DNA of 64,000 bases, taken from NCBI GenBank assembly GCA_045803545.1, contig JBJMOW010000002.1, forward strand, positions 96,001 to 160,000, written 5' to 3'. Made by a program: the position numbers and the translations under genes. Origin of the DNA: Gemmatimonadaceae bacterium (lineage in GTDB: Bacteria; Gemmatimonadota; Gemmatimonadetes; Gemmatimonadales; Gemmatimonadaceae). Of the stretch, positions 18,675 through 27,992 are shown piece by piece (the stretch's first letter is position 1; each line of letters opens with the position of its first letter). The notes beneath the pieces are model-generated. The model ran no database searches. It saw nothing but the letters and a program-made list of their open reading frames with translations, and was not told the origin of the DNA.

Positions 18675-19328
18675 TCACACCAACGCGTCGTACCGTGCCG
18701 CAGCTTCGGCTCTGACCTTTCTACTGGCGCTGACGCCGAGCCGAGCGGGATTGGCCACCGGCATATAGGTAAGCTCCTTTCCTGACGCAGCGCGCTGGAG
18801 GAGCATCCCGCCGCGCGCCATGTCCCCGTGCCCGATAAACTCTTGGGGAAAGACCAGCCGCTTGCCGAAAATCGGCAGTAGCACGTCAACGTATTTTCCG
18901 CTGGCAACGCTCCCCAGCAGCACTACTTCGCACTTTGGACCGATCCGCTCGGCGATCTTCGTGGCATCACGCTCGAGCGGATAGCTGTAGCGGGAATCCT
19001 CCGCGTCGATCGCGACTGTCGCGAACCGCTCCAGATCCTTGAGCGTAATGAGGCTGCCTGGCGAATAGAGCCCGTCCGTCGGCGTGATTATCTGGATGCC
19101 CGGTGCTTTCCGCGGTGGCGGATTGGTGAACTCGCGGGCATAAGTGAGCTTGCCGCGGAAGTACAAACCGCTCAGGAAGCTGAACACATCGCCAAGCGGC
19201 GCCCCCGGCTGCTTGCGCACTCTGACGGCGATGTCGAACTCGGCCCGGTCGTTGAACAGGAGGGCAGCTCGCTTACCACCGCAGCTGGCGGGAGACAAGA
19301 GGAAGATTCGACGTTGTTGCACGGTCAT
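18675..19328 (-). CDS. Hypothetical protein, possible distant YaaA (DUF328)-like fold
   Basis: 217 aa ORF with IFLLSPA, SGLY and ARGG motifs. Confidence 0.6.
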   Translation of the reverse strand: MTVQQRRIFLLSPASCGGKRAALLFNDRAEFDIAVRVRKQPGAPLGDVFSFLSGLYFRGKLTYAREFTNPPPRKAPGIQIITPTDGLYSPGSLITLKDLERFATVAIDAEDSRYSYPLERDATKIAERIGPKCEVVLLGSVASGKYVDVLLPIFGKRLVFPQEFIGHGDMARGGMLLQRAASGKELTYMPVANPARLGVSASRKVRAEAAARYDALV

Positions 19329-19406
19329 AATGTCAGCAAATATTTCGCCGCTCGAATGAATAGTGTCCCGGCGTGGAGAGAGTTAAACTTCAGCAGGGGG
19401 ATAACT

Positions 19407-20543
19407 ATGGCAAAGAACAGATTGGAGGAGCTTCACGGAGTCGGCCAATCGATCTGGCTGGACAGCATCGATCGGCGCATGCTCCAGAATGGTGAGCTCG
19501 ATAAGCGAATTCGCGACGATGCTCTTACTGGCATGACCTCGAATCCGACAATCTTCCAGAAAGCGCTCGCATCGAGCGATGCGTACGACGATCAGTTGAG
19601 CGAATCCGAAGAAAAGAATCTTGGCAGCTGGGAATTGTTCGAGCTGCTCGAGACGACCGACGTTCGCGATGCGTGCGACAAATTCGCGGGTGTTTTCAGT
19701 TCCTCACGTGGCAGCGACGGCTACGTCTCGATCGAAGTATCACCCGGAGTATCAAACTCAGCGGACGCAACGGTCGAAGAAGCGCTTCGACTCTGGAAGA
19801 CGGTGAACCGGCCCAACGTGATGGTGAAAGTGCCTGGAACGAAAGAAGGCGCGGTTGCTGTTCGCCGTCTCATCGCCGCTGGTGTGAACGTCAACATCAC
19901 TTTGCTCTTTGCGATCGAGGCGCACGAGCGCGTCATCGAAGCATACTTGGCCGGACTCGAGGACAGAGTAGCCGCCGGCAACCCTATCGACGGCATTGCA
20001 TCAGTGGCGAGTTTCTTCGTCAGTCGCGTTGATACAGAAGTCGACAAGCGGCTCGATGACAAAATCGCTAACGCCAGTCAGGCGGAGAAGGAGCGGCTTG
20101 TGCTGCTCAAGGGACGCGCAGCGATTGCGAACGCCAAGCTTGCCTATCGCTTGTTCCGTCAGAAGTTCTCCGGTGCGCGCTGGGATAAGCTCGCAAAACA
20201 GGGCGCGCGGCTGCAGCGACCGCTTTGGGCGAGCACCAGCACCAAGAATCCGGCGTATCGCGACGTGATGTACGTCGAGGAATTGATTGGCCCGGACACC
20301 GTCGACACGATGCCGCCCGCGACTATCGATGCGTTCCGCGATCACGGCGTCGTCGACCGGACAGTCGACAAGAAAGTTGCAGCGGCCGAGGGTGCGCTCA
20401 AGGAAATCGAAGCCGCGGGAATCTCGATCAAGGAAGTAACCGAGAAGTTGCTCGTCGATGGCATCGCGAGCTTCCAGAAATCGTTCGACGAGCTGATCGC
20501 CGGACTCGAATCAAAAATGGTATCACTGGCTGGCGGGAAGTGA
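19407..20543 (+). CDS. tal: Transaldolase
   Basis: QSIWLD, GMTSNPTIF, VSIEVSP, MVKVP, NVNITLLF, SFFVSRVD, LWASTSTK. Confidence 0.95.
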   Translation: MAKNRLEELHGVGQSIWLDSIDRRMLQNGELDKRIRDDALTGMTSNPTIFQKALASSDAYDDQLSESEEKNLGSWELFELLETTDVRDACDKFAGVFSSSRGSDGYVSIEVSPGVSNSADATVEEALRLWKTVNRPNVMVKVPGTKEGAVAVRRLIAAGVNVNITLLFAIEAHERVIEAYLAGLEDRVAAGNPIDGIASVASFFVSRVDTEVDKRLDDKIANASQAEKERLVLLKGRAAIANAKLAYRLFRQKFSGARWDKLAKQGARLQRPLWASTSTKNPAYRDVMYVEELIGPDTVDTMPPATIDAFRDHGVVDRTVDKKVAAAEGALKEIEAAGISIKEVTEKLLVDGIASFQKSFDELIAGLESKMVSLAGGK

Positions 20544-21952
20544 GCGGCATCTACACACCACGCACAAAAATCGTCTGCACGCTCGGTCCGTCGACCGCGA
20601 ATGACGATGCCATTCGCGGTCTGATCGAAGCCGGCATGAACGTCGCCCGGGTAAATTTCTCTCACGGGACACACGAACAACACACCAAGACAATCGCGAT
20701 GGTGCGTCGCCTCGCTGAAGAAGCTGAAAAGCCCATCGCGATTCTCGGCGACCTTCAGGGCCCCCGCATCAGAATCGGTGATCTAGCGGCGCCGATCACA
20801 CTCAAGGTCGGCGACGATATCACGCTCATCCACGAAGGTCATGAGCGGGAAGGCGAGATTCCGGTGACCTACGATCAGCTTGCTCATGACGTCCGCGTCG
20901 GCGATCGAATTCTCGTCGACGACGGTTTGATCGAGTTGGTCGTACTGGAGGTCACCGGGGAGCGGGTGAAGGCGCGAGTTCTCAACGGGGGACCGCTCAA
21001 GAGCCACAAGGGTTTGAACCTTCCTGGCATTCAGGTCTCGGCGCCTTCGATTACCGAGAAGGATGCCGCGGACATCAAGTTCGCCGTCGAACAGCAGGTC
21101 GACTATCTCGCGCTCAGCTTCGTCCGGCGCGCCGAAGATATTGAAGGCCTCAAGAAGATGATCCCGAGCTGGCTGCTCGTGGTCGCGAAGATCGAGAAGG
21201 ATGTCGCCCTACACAACATCGAAGACATCGTGCGCGCTACCGATGCCGTGATGGTCGCTCGCGGTGACCTCGGTGTGGAGCTGCCGTTCGAGGCGGTTCC
21301 CGGGGCGCAGAAGCGAATCATTCGACTCGCAGTTCGTTATGGCCGTCCGGTAATCACCGCGACGCAGATGCTGGAGTCGATGATCGAGCATCCGCGTCCG
21401 ACGCGTGCCGAAGCGAGCGACGTTGCCAACGCCATCATGGACGGCACGGACGCCGTAATGCTGTCCGCGGAAACGGCCGCTGGTGCTTATCCTCGACTGG
21501 CGGTTGAAGCGATGACCCGCATCATCAAGGAGATCGAGACGCACCCGCCTGTCGCGCCGTTCGCTGGTGCGCAGCAGGGGAACGGCATCGTCACCACCGA
21601 AGTCGCGATCGCTGCGGCGACTGTCGCCGCCGTCGACATGCTCGCCGCGCCGCTGGTAGTCGTGTTCACCAAGAGCGGTTTCTCGTCCCGAGTCGTCGCG
21701 TCGAAACGGCCGGCGGTACCAATCCTCGCCCTCACCGACGAGCCGCGTACGTATCGTCAGCTCGCACTCGTCTGGGGCGTCGTTCCGCAGCTCGTCCCGC
21801 ACTGCGCTGACTACGATGAGATGATGGATCAGACAAAGAGCGTGGTCGTCAAACGCGAGCTCGCAACTCCGGGAGATCGTATAATCGTCACCGCCGGCGT
21901 CCCGTTCGACACGCCGGGGACCACCAATCTCCTGAAGGTGGAGACTGTCTGA
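20540..21952 (+). CDS. pyk: Pyruvate kinase
   Basis: TKIVCTLGP, NFSHG, DLQGP, AKIE, MVARGDLGVE, ATQMLESM, MLSAETA. Confidence 0.97.
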   Translation: MSGIYTPRTKIVCTLGPSTANDDAIRGLIEAGMNVARVNFSHGTHEQHTKTIAMVRRLAEEAEKPIAILGDLQGPRIRIGDLAAPITLKVGDDITLIHEGHEREGEIPVTYDQLAHDVRVGDRILVDDGLIELVVLEVTGERVKARVLNGGPLKSHKGLNLPGIQVSAPSITEKDAADIKFAVEQQVDYLALSFVRRAEDIEGLKKMIPSWLLVVAKIEKDVALHNIEDIVRATDAVMVARGDLGVELPFEAVPGAQKRIIRLAVRYGRPVITATQMLESMIEHPRPTRAEASDVANAIMDGTDAVMLSAETAAGAYPRLAVEAMTRIIKEIETHPPVAPFAGAQQGNGIVTTEVAIAAATVAAVDMLAAPLVVVFTKSGFSSRVVASKRPAVPILALTDEPRTYRQLALVWGVVPQLVPHCADYDEMMDQTKSVVVKRELATPGDRIIVTAGVPFDTPGTTNLLKVETV

Positions 21953-22728
21953 AACTCACCTTTCTGGGCACGGGAACCAGCTTTGGTATCCCCCAGATCG
22001 GCTGCACGTGCGAGGTGTGCAGGTCGAGCGATCCCCGCGATAAGAGATCGCGAGTTGGCGCGCTCCTCGAGACTGATTCCGGCGCGCGGATTCTCATCGA
22101 CACACCACCCGAGCTCCGATTGCAGTTGATCAATGCCAGCGTCGATCGCGTAGATGCGATTCTCTTCACTCACGATCATGCCGATCACGTGCACGGTATC
22201 GACGACACCCGCGCGCTGTCCGATCGAAGCAAGAACCCGATCGACATGTACGGACCTCCGGACGTGATGGCGAGGCTCGCCAAACGGTTCGCGTACATTT
22301 TCGACGATTCCATCAGGGCGTTGCCCGGAACCAGCAAGCCCGAGGGCCACGCCTACGGTGTACCGCCCGGCAAAGCCTTTCGCGTCGCCGATGTCGAAGT
22401 GACCCCAATCTCGATCCCACACGGTCCTGTTTCCGTCTACGGCTATCGTATCGGCCGGCTCGGCTACATCACCGACGCGAAGTCCCTACCCGCTAAAGCC
22501 ATTGAGGCACTGAAAGGCGTCGACGTGCTCGTTCTCAACGCACTCTTCCGCACCCCCCATCCGACCCACCTGAGCGTGTCGGAGGCAGTGGACGCGGCAG
22601 CCATCGTCGGGGCGAGGGAAACCTGGCTCACGCATCTGACGCATCGCACTGCGCACGCCGATCTGGAAAAGGAGTTGCCGAAAGGAATCGCTCCGGCATT
22701 TGACGGACTGACTGTCGAAATCAATTGA
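21949..22728 (+). CDS. MBL-fold metallo-hydrolase (PhnP-like), apparent CTG start
   Basis: KLTFLGTGTSFGIPQIGCTCEVC N-terminus and THDHADHVHG motif. Confidence 0.88.
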   Translation: MKLTFLGTGTSFGIPQIGCTCEVCRSSDPRDKRSRVGALLETDSGARILIDTPPELRLQLINASVDRVDAILFTHDHADHVHGIDDTRALSDRSKNPIDMYGPPDVMARLAKRFAYIFDDSIRALPGTSKPEGHAYGVPPGKAFRVADVEVTPISIPHGPVSVYGYRIGRLGYITDAKSLPAKAIEALKGVDVLVLNALFRTPHPTHLSVSEAVDAAAIVGARETWLTHLTHRTAHADLEKELPKGIAPAFDGLTVEIN

Positions 22729-22729
22729 G

Positions 22730-24106
22730 ATGACGCTGAAAATCGATTACTCCAACATGATGATCTCGGAAGGCGGGATCTCTTCCGATGCCTGGGCGAG
22801 CGCGGCCTCCAGGTTCACCAACGCAAAGTCCGGATTCGAAAAGCTGACGGCGTCTGGTGAGGTCGGTTTCACCACATTGCCGTCGAACGCGAGCTTGCTC
22901 GATCAGGTGAACCGATACGTCACCAGAGCGCGCGGCAAGTACGACGACGTCGTCGTCCTGGGCATTGGAGGTTCCGCGCTTGGGCCGATCGCGCTGCGCA
23001 CTGCGTTGCGACCGAGTGGCTGGAACATGCTCGACGACACCGCGCGCGGCGGATTCCCGCGACTGCAGGTGCTCGACAATGTTGACCCCGATACGATTGC
23101 TGCGCTGCTGGCGCGATTGAGCCTGGCGCGCACGCTTTTCATCGTGACTTCCAAATCGGGCGGCACCGCCGAGACGATGGCGCAGTTCGTCATCGTGCAC
23201 GAGCGGCTGTTGTCGGCCAGGCTCGATCTCAAAGATCATTTGGTCTTCGTCACGGACCCGAAGCAGGGTGCACTGCGTCCACTCGCTCAACGGCTGGATG
23301 TCCCCGCGCTCGACATACCGCCTAACATCGGCGGCCGTTTCAGTGTGCTGACTCCTGTGGGTACGCTGCCGGCCGCCTTGATTGGAATCGATGTAAAGGC
23401 TTTGCTGGCCGGCGCGGGCGAAATGGCTACGCGCTGCCAAGCCACGGAGCTGTCGAAGAATCCGGCCGGCGTTTATGCGATGCTGCAATGGCTCGCGGAC
23501 ACCCAGCTGGGGAAGAAGATCGCGGTATTCATGCCGTACTCGGATCCGTTGCGTGATTTCGCCGCGTGGTTCGTACAGCTTTGGGCGGAGAGCCTTGGCA
23601 AGAAGAAGAAGGACGGCACTTCGGTCGGATCAACTCCGCTCGCTGCGCTGGGCGCGACGGATCAGCACGCACAGGTGCAGCTGTTCATGGAAGGTCCCGC
23701 CGACAAGACCGTGACCTTTGTCGCGATCCGCCGCCGCGCAAGCGATGTCCGCATTCCAAAGGGCCTCGAAGACGTCAAGGAGCTTGGCTATCTCAGCGGG
23801 CACAGCCTCGGTGAGCTGATAGAAATCGAGCAGCGCGCCACGGCAGGCGCACTCGCCCGACGCGGGCGCCCCAACATGACCATTACTCTGGACCGAGTTG
23901 ATCCCACCGAAGTCGGCCAGCTGATGATGTTTCTCGAGATCGCGACCGCGTATGCTGGTCAGCTGTACGAAATCGACGCGTTCAATCAGCCTGGCGTCGA
24001 GCTCGGCAAACAGTTCGCGTACGCGCTCTTGGGTCGCCCGGGCGCCGACGAAGCGAAGAAAGAATGGGACACGCTTCCCAAACCCGACCCACGCCGGGTT
24101 GTGTGA
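22730..24106 (+). CDS. pgi: Glucose-6-phosphate isomerase
   Basis: GIGGSALG, SKSGGTAET, GGRFSV, QLWAESLGK, DQH, FNQPGVELGK. Confidence 0.95.
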   Translation: MTLKIDYSNMMISEGGISSDAWASAASRFTNAKSGFEKLTASGEVGFTTLPSNASLLDQVNRYVTRARGKYDDVVVLGIGGSALGPIALRTALRPSGWNMLDDTARGGFPRLQVLDNVDPDTIAALLARLSLARTLFIVTSKSGGTAETMAQFVIVHERLLSARLDLKDHLVFVTDPKQGALRPLAQRLDVPALDIPPNIGGRFSVLTPVGTLPAALIGIDVKALLAGAGEMATRCQATELSKNPAGVYAMLQWLADTQLGKKIAVFMPYSDPLRDFAAWFVQLWAESLGKKKKDGTSVGSTPLAALGATDQHAQVQLFMEGPADKTVTFVAIRRRASDVRIPKGLEDVKELGYLSGHSLGELIEIEQRATAGALARRGRPNMTITLDRVDPTEVGQLMMFLEIATAYAGQLYEIDAFNQPGVELGKQFAYALLGRPGADEAKKEWDTLPKPDPRRVV

Positions 24107-24146
24107 AGGGGAAAGGGGGTCGCTTCCCTCTTCCCGCTTCCCGCTT
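24105..24146. repeat. Short purine/pyrimidine hairpin with cttccc(g/t) heptamers
   Basis: gaaggggaaagggggtcgcttccctcttcccgcttcccgctt between pgi and the aldolase gene. Confidence 0.5.
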
Positions 24147-24159
24147 AGTTTCAGCTAAC

Positions 24160-25563
24160 ATGTTCGCGAATCCATTCAACAAAGCAGTGACCGTCCTCGA
24201 CGGAAAGGTTACGGTCCACGATGAATCCGCCATTGCCAGCCCGGCGATGGACCAGCTTGCTTACACAGCGGTCTTTGGTGACCAGGACGAACGCGACGAC
24301 GCGCGCTGGCTGATCTGGGAGATCGGACAGGCGGTGGGAGTACGAGCCGCGTCGATCCACGATCTCTACAAGGCGCGCGGCAAGGGACAGTGCGGTGGTT
24401 TCACCGTGCCGGCAATGAACATTCGGGGCATGGCCTACGACACTGGCCGCTCCGTGTTTCGACAGGCGGTGAAACTCAAGGTTGGCGCGCTCATTCTGGA
24501 AATCGCGCGGTCCGAGATCGCGTACACCGATCAACGGCCCGCCGAGTATGTGAGTGTAATGCTCGCGGCCGCGATGCGCGAAGGTTTCCGCGGACCCGTG
24601 TTCATCCAGGGTGATCACTTCCAGGTCAACGCCAAGAAATTCGCGGTCGATCCCGTCACGGAAGTGAATGGCGTAAAGCAGCTGGCTCGCGAAGCGATCG
24701 CCGCCGGCTTCTACAACATCGACGTCGATACGTCGACACTGGTGGATCTGTCGAAGCCAAATCTTGAGGAGCAGCAACGCGCCAACTACGAGCAGGGCGT
24801 CGAGCTGGCGTCGACCGTCAGAGAGCTCGAGCCCGAAGGCGTCACGATCTCGATCGGTGGCGAGATCGGTGAGGTGGGCACCGAAAACTCTACAGTCGAA
24901 GAACTCGTTGCCTACATGGAAGGCTTCAACCGGACGCTGAACAAGAGGAAGCGGGGAACTGAAGGACTATCCAAGATCAGTGTCCAGTCCGGAACGACCC
25001 ACGGCGGCGTGGTGCTGGCAGACGGCAGCATTGCCGACGTGAAGATCGACTTCGACACACTGGCCAGGTTATCGAAGGTCGCACGCGAAAAATACGGACT
25101 CGCAGGCGCCGTTCAGCACGGGGCATCGACACTGCCCGATGACGCGTTCCACAACTTCCCGCGCACTGAGACCGCTGAGATCCACCTGGCGACGAACTTC
25201 CAGACCATGTTGTTCGACAACATGCCGCGCGAGCTTCGCGACGAGATCTACGAATGGCTTCGCCAGAACGCGAAGGACGAGCGGAAAGCAGGTGACAGCG
25301 ATGAGCAGTTCTTTTACAAGACGCGGAAGAAAGCCATCGGTCCGTTCAAAAAGCGAATGTGGGAATTGCCCGCCGACGTCAAAGCCAAGCTTGCGAAGGC
25401 TTATGATCAGAAATTCGCCTTTCTTTTCACTCAGCTTGCCGTCGTCAACACCCGCGAAACCGTCGATCGTTTCGTGAAGCCGGCCGACCAGCACAAGCCA
25501 CAGCCGCATCCAGACCTGGCAGTGGTCGAAGCGGCGCCGGACGACGCTGATCTGAGTGACTGA
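24160..25563 (+). CDS. fba: Class II fructose-bisphosphate aldolase family protein
   Basis: VPAMN, QGDH, DVDTS, GEIGEVG, GTTHGG, VQHGAS, EIHLAT. Glycolytic gene context. Confidence 0.85.
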   Translation: MFANPFNKAVTVLDGKVTVHDESAIASPAMDQLAYTAVFGDQDERDDARWLIWEIGQAVGVRAASIHDLYKARGKGQCGGFTVPAMNIRGMAYDTGRSVFRQAVKLKVGALILEIARSEIAYTDQRPAEYVSVMLAAAMREGFRGPVFIQGDHFQVNAKKFAVDPVTEVNGVKQLAREAIAAGFYNIDVDTSTLVDLSKPNLEEQQRANYEQGVELASTVRELEPEGVTISIGGEIGEVGTENSTVEELVAYMEGFNRTLNKRKRGTEGLSKISVQSGTTHGGVVLADGSIADVKIDFDTLARLSKVAREKYGLAGAVQHGASTLPDDAFHNFPRTETAEIHLATNFQTMLFDNMPRELRDEIYEWLRQNAKDERKAGDSDEQFFYKTRKKAIGPFKKRMWELPADVKAKLAKAYDQKFAFLFTQLAVVNTRETVDRFVKPADQHKPQPHPDLAVVEAAPDDADLSD

Positions 25564-25996
25564 GGCTCGTCGCGAGGCGGGCGATTCCACAGTCCTTCGC
25601 GAAATAATCCGTCGCTCCGGTCACGAGATCCGCAACGCGCTGAGCGGAGTGGCCGTGAACCTCGAAGTGGTGCGGAGCCGGTGCAGTCGCGATCCAAAAG
25701 GCGATGACGTATTGCCATTTGCGGACAGGGCTCGCCTGCAGATTCAGGCAGCAACAGTGCTCACAAACGGCCTGCTGGCGATTGTTGCTGCTGCGGTTCG
25801 AGGCCAGAACGAACAGACGCGAAAACCATCCAAGAAGTCTGGCGAGAGCGCCGAGTTGGCGTTAAATGCTGACCTGTCAGCGGTCTTTTCCGATATTCAG
25901 CAACTTGCCGGCGCCATCGGTGTTTCAATCGAACAGCGCGGCATAAACGTTATATTAAAAGTCTTGCCCGAAGGACATGGCCATTCCAAAGACTGA
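25556..25996 (+). CDS. HisKA/DHp-like protein lacking an intact HATPase domain
   Basis: H-box GHEIRNALSG. Only 146 aa with no clear N/G1/F/G2 boxes. Overlaps both neighbours. Confidence 0.7.
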   Translation: MTEARREAGDSTVLREIIRRSGHEIRNALSGVAVNLEVVRSRCSRDPKGDDVLPFADRARLQIQAATVLTNGLLAIVAAAVRGQNEQTRKPSKKSGESAELALNADLSAVFSDIQQLAGAIGVSIEQRGINVILKVLPEGHGHSKD

Positions 25997-27488
25997 AATA
26001 AAGCATCCCAAGGTACTGATTGCGGATGACGATCGCTCCATCACGGAGGGTCTGAGCGCGATCCTGCGTGACGAGGGTTACGATGTGGCCATTGCGATCG
26101 ATGGTCAGAAAGCGCTCGATCAGCTCGGCGCTGAGCCTTTCGGCGTGGTGCTAGCCGATCTCAAAATGCCAAAGGTCGATGGGCTCGGTCTCCTGAAGGA
26201 GCTTCAGCAGCGCCAGATCCCGACTGAATGCATCATCGTCACGGGACAGGCGACGGTCGACTCAGCAGTGCAGGCAATGCGCGAAGGTGCCTACGACTAC
26301 ATCGAGAAGCCGCTCACCGCCGACAAGCTCAATCGTCTGAAGGCGCTGATCCCAAAAGCGCTGGAGAAGTTCAACGTTCAGCAGAAGAACCGCGAGCTGT
26401 CATCCAAGCTGGAGGGCCTCACCCATTACGGTGAGCTCACGGGGCAGTCCGAAGAGATGCGCGCGGTCTATCAAATCATCGAAGCCGTCGCGCCCTCTAA
26501 CGCGAGCGTGCTCATCTTCGGCGAATCCGGAACTGGTAAAGAGCTGGTCGCGCGTGCGGTCCACACCAAGAGCGAGCGGGCCAAGGGACCCTTCTTCGCC
26601 CTCAATTGTGCGGCGCTTCCCAAGGACATTCTCGAGAACGAGCTGTTCGGACACGAGAAAGGTGCGTTCACCGGCTCCGTAAACGAGAAGCCAGGCGCTT
26701 TCGAGATGGCGGATGGCGGAACGATCTTCCTCGACGAAGTCGCCGAGATGCCGCCGGACATCCAGGTGAAGCTGTTACGGGCCATCGAGTCCCGCAGCAT
26801 TCGCCGACTCGGCGGCAAGAAGGAGATCGAAGTCGACATCCGTATTCTCGCGGCGACCAACAAAGATCTGCAGAAGGCGCTGGCCGACAACGATCTCCGC
26901 GAGGACCTCTATTACCGCCTTGCCGTCGTCGAGCTGTTCCTCCCACCGCTGCGCGAGCGTGTTGGCGACATCAAGCTGCTGGCGACGGAGTTTCTGGCTC
27001 GCTTCGCCGAGCAGAATGGTAAGCCCCTCAACGGATTCGAGGACGCGGCGTGGGAATGGATCCTTTCGTACAACTGGCCGGGCAACGTTCGCGAGCTGAA
27101 GAACGCAGTCGAGCGTGCGGTCATCCTTGCGCATGGCGACAAGATCAAGGCGAGCGATATCATGCCGCGCCACCTGCGCCGTGGTGAAAGCTCACCCTCG
27201 ATCACTGTGCCTGCGGGCGCGACTCTGGCCGATGCCCGTCGGCAACTGGTGCTGCGCGCCTTCGCATCGACGAACGGCGATTACAGCCGCACTGCGACGA
27301 TTGTCGGAATGTCCGCCGCTGAAGTTCGCGCAGAGATTGCATCGCTGCTGAACGGAAAGCCGGAGGCAAGCGCGAGTGGCTCGAACGGTGCACACCCACC
27401 TAGGGAAGCCGGCCCGGTCGCGGGCAAGGTGGCGAAGCCGTCCAAGGCTGCGGCCCCTGCCGCGAAATCAAAGGCGAAAAAAAAATAA
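25977..27488 (+). CDS. Sigma54-dependent NtrC-family response regulator
   Basis: Receiver domain (ADDD, DLKMP, KP), GESGTGKE, GAFTGS, FLDE, WPGNVREL.N. Confidence 0.93.
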   Translation: MAIPKTEIKHPKVLIADDDRSITEGLSAILRDEGYDVAIAIDGQKALDQLGAEPFGVVLADLKMPKVDGLGLLKELQQRQIPTECIIVTGQATVDSAVQAMREGAYDYIEKPLTADKLNRLKALIPKALEKFNVQQKNRELSSKLEGLTHYGELTGQSEEMRAVYQIIEAVAPSNASVLIFGESGTGKELVARAVHTKSERAKGPFFALNCAALPKDILENELFGHEKGAFTGSVNEKPGAFEMADGGTIFLDEVAEMPPDIQVKLLRAIESRSIRRLGGKKEIEVDIRILAATNKDLQKALADNDLREDLYYRLAVVELFLPPLRERVGDIKLLATEFLARFAEQNGKPLNGFEDAAWEWILSYNWPGNVRELKNAVERAVILAHGDKIKASDIMPRHLRRGESSPSITVPAGATLADARRQLVLRAFASTNGDYSRTATIVGMSAAEVRAEIASLLNGKPEASASGSNGAHPPREAGPVAGKVAKPSKAAAPAAKSKAKKK

Positions 27489-27539
27489 GCGCGTAGTAGC
27501 GCTTCGCGACACAACGGAACGCGACGGAGGACAGGTCTG

Positions 27540-27992
27540 ATGAGATGGCGAACCAGAGATCAGTACGAAGATATCGACGAGCCTGATTTCTTCGACGAAG
27601 ACGAAGAGTTTGACCCGCCGTATGTCGTAATCGAGAAGCGTGAAATGGGCATTGGGCCCTTACTCCTCGGTATCGCGCTCGGCGCAGGAGCGGCGCTACT
27701 GTTCGCGCCTCAGACAGGTGAGGAGACGCGTCGCGGAATAGCGCGCAGTGCGCGCCGGGTTCAGCAGAATGCACAGGGTTTTGTCGAAGACGTGAGTGGC
27801 AATGTCGCCGACAAATTCCGTGATGTGCGGGACAGCGTTGAGGAGCGGATCGAGGCGACGCTCGACGCCGTCGACGACAAGAGGCGCAAAGTGTCGAACG
27901 CATATCAGGCTGGACGTGCGGCCGCGCGTGAGGCGCGAGGCGAGCTCGAGCAGCGCATCGCCGACACCAAAGCGACCTACAAAGACAGCTAG
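27540..27992 (+). CDS. YtxH-domain protein
   Basis: LLGIALGAGAALLFAPQTGEETR motif. SD ggagg upstream. Confidence 0.85.
   Translation: MRWRTRDQYEDIDEPDFFDEDEEFDPPYVVIEKREMGIGPLLLGIALGAGAALLFAPQTGEETRRGIARSARRVQQNAQGFVEDVSGNVADKFRDVRDSVEERIEATLDAVDDKRRKVSNAYQAGRAAAREARGELEQRIADTKATYKDS

Noticed and set aside
27477..27485. A9 homopolymer as a phase-variation site
   Set aside because: It encodes the terminal Lys residues just before the stop, so slippage would change little.
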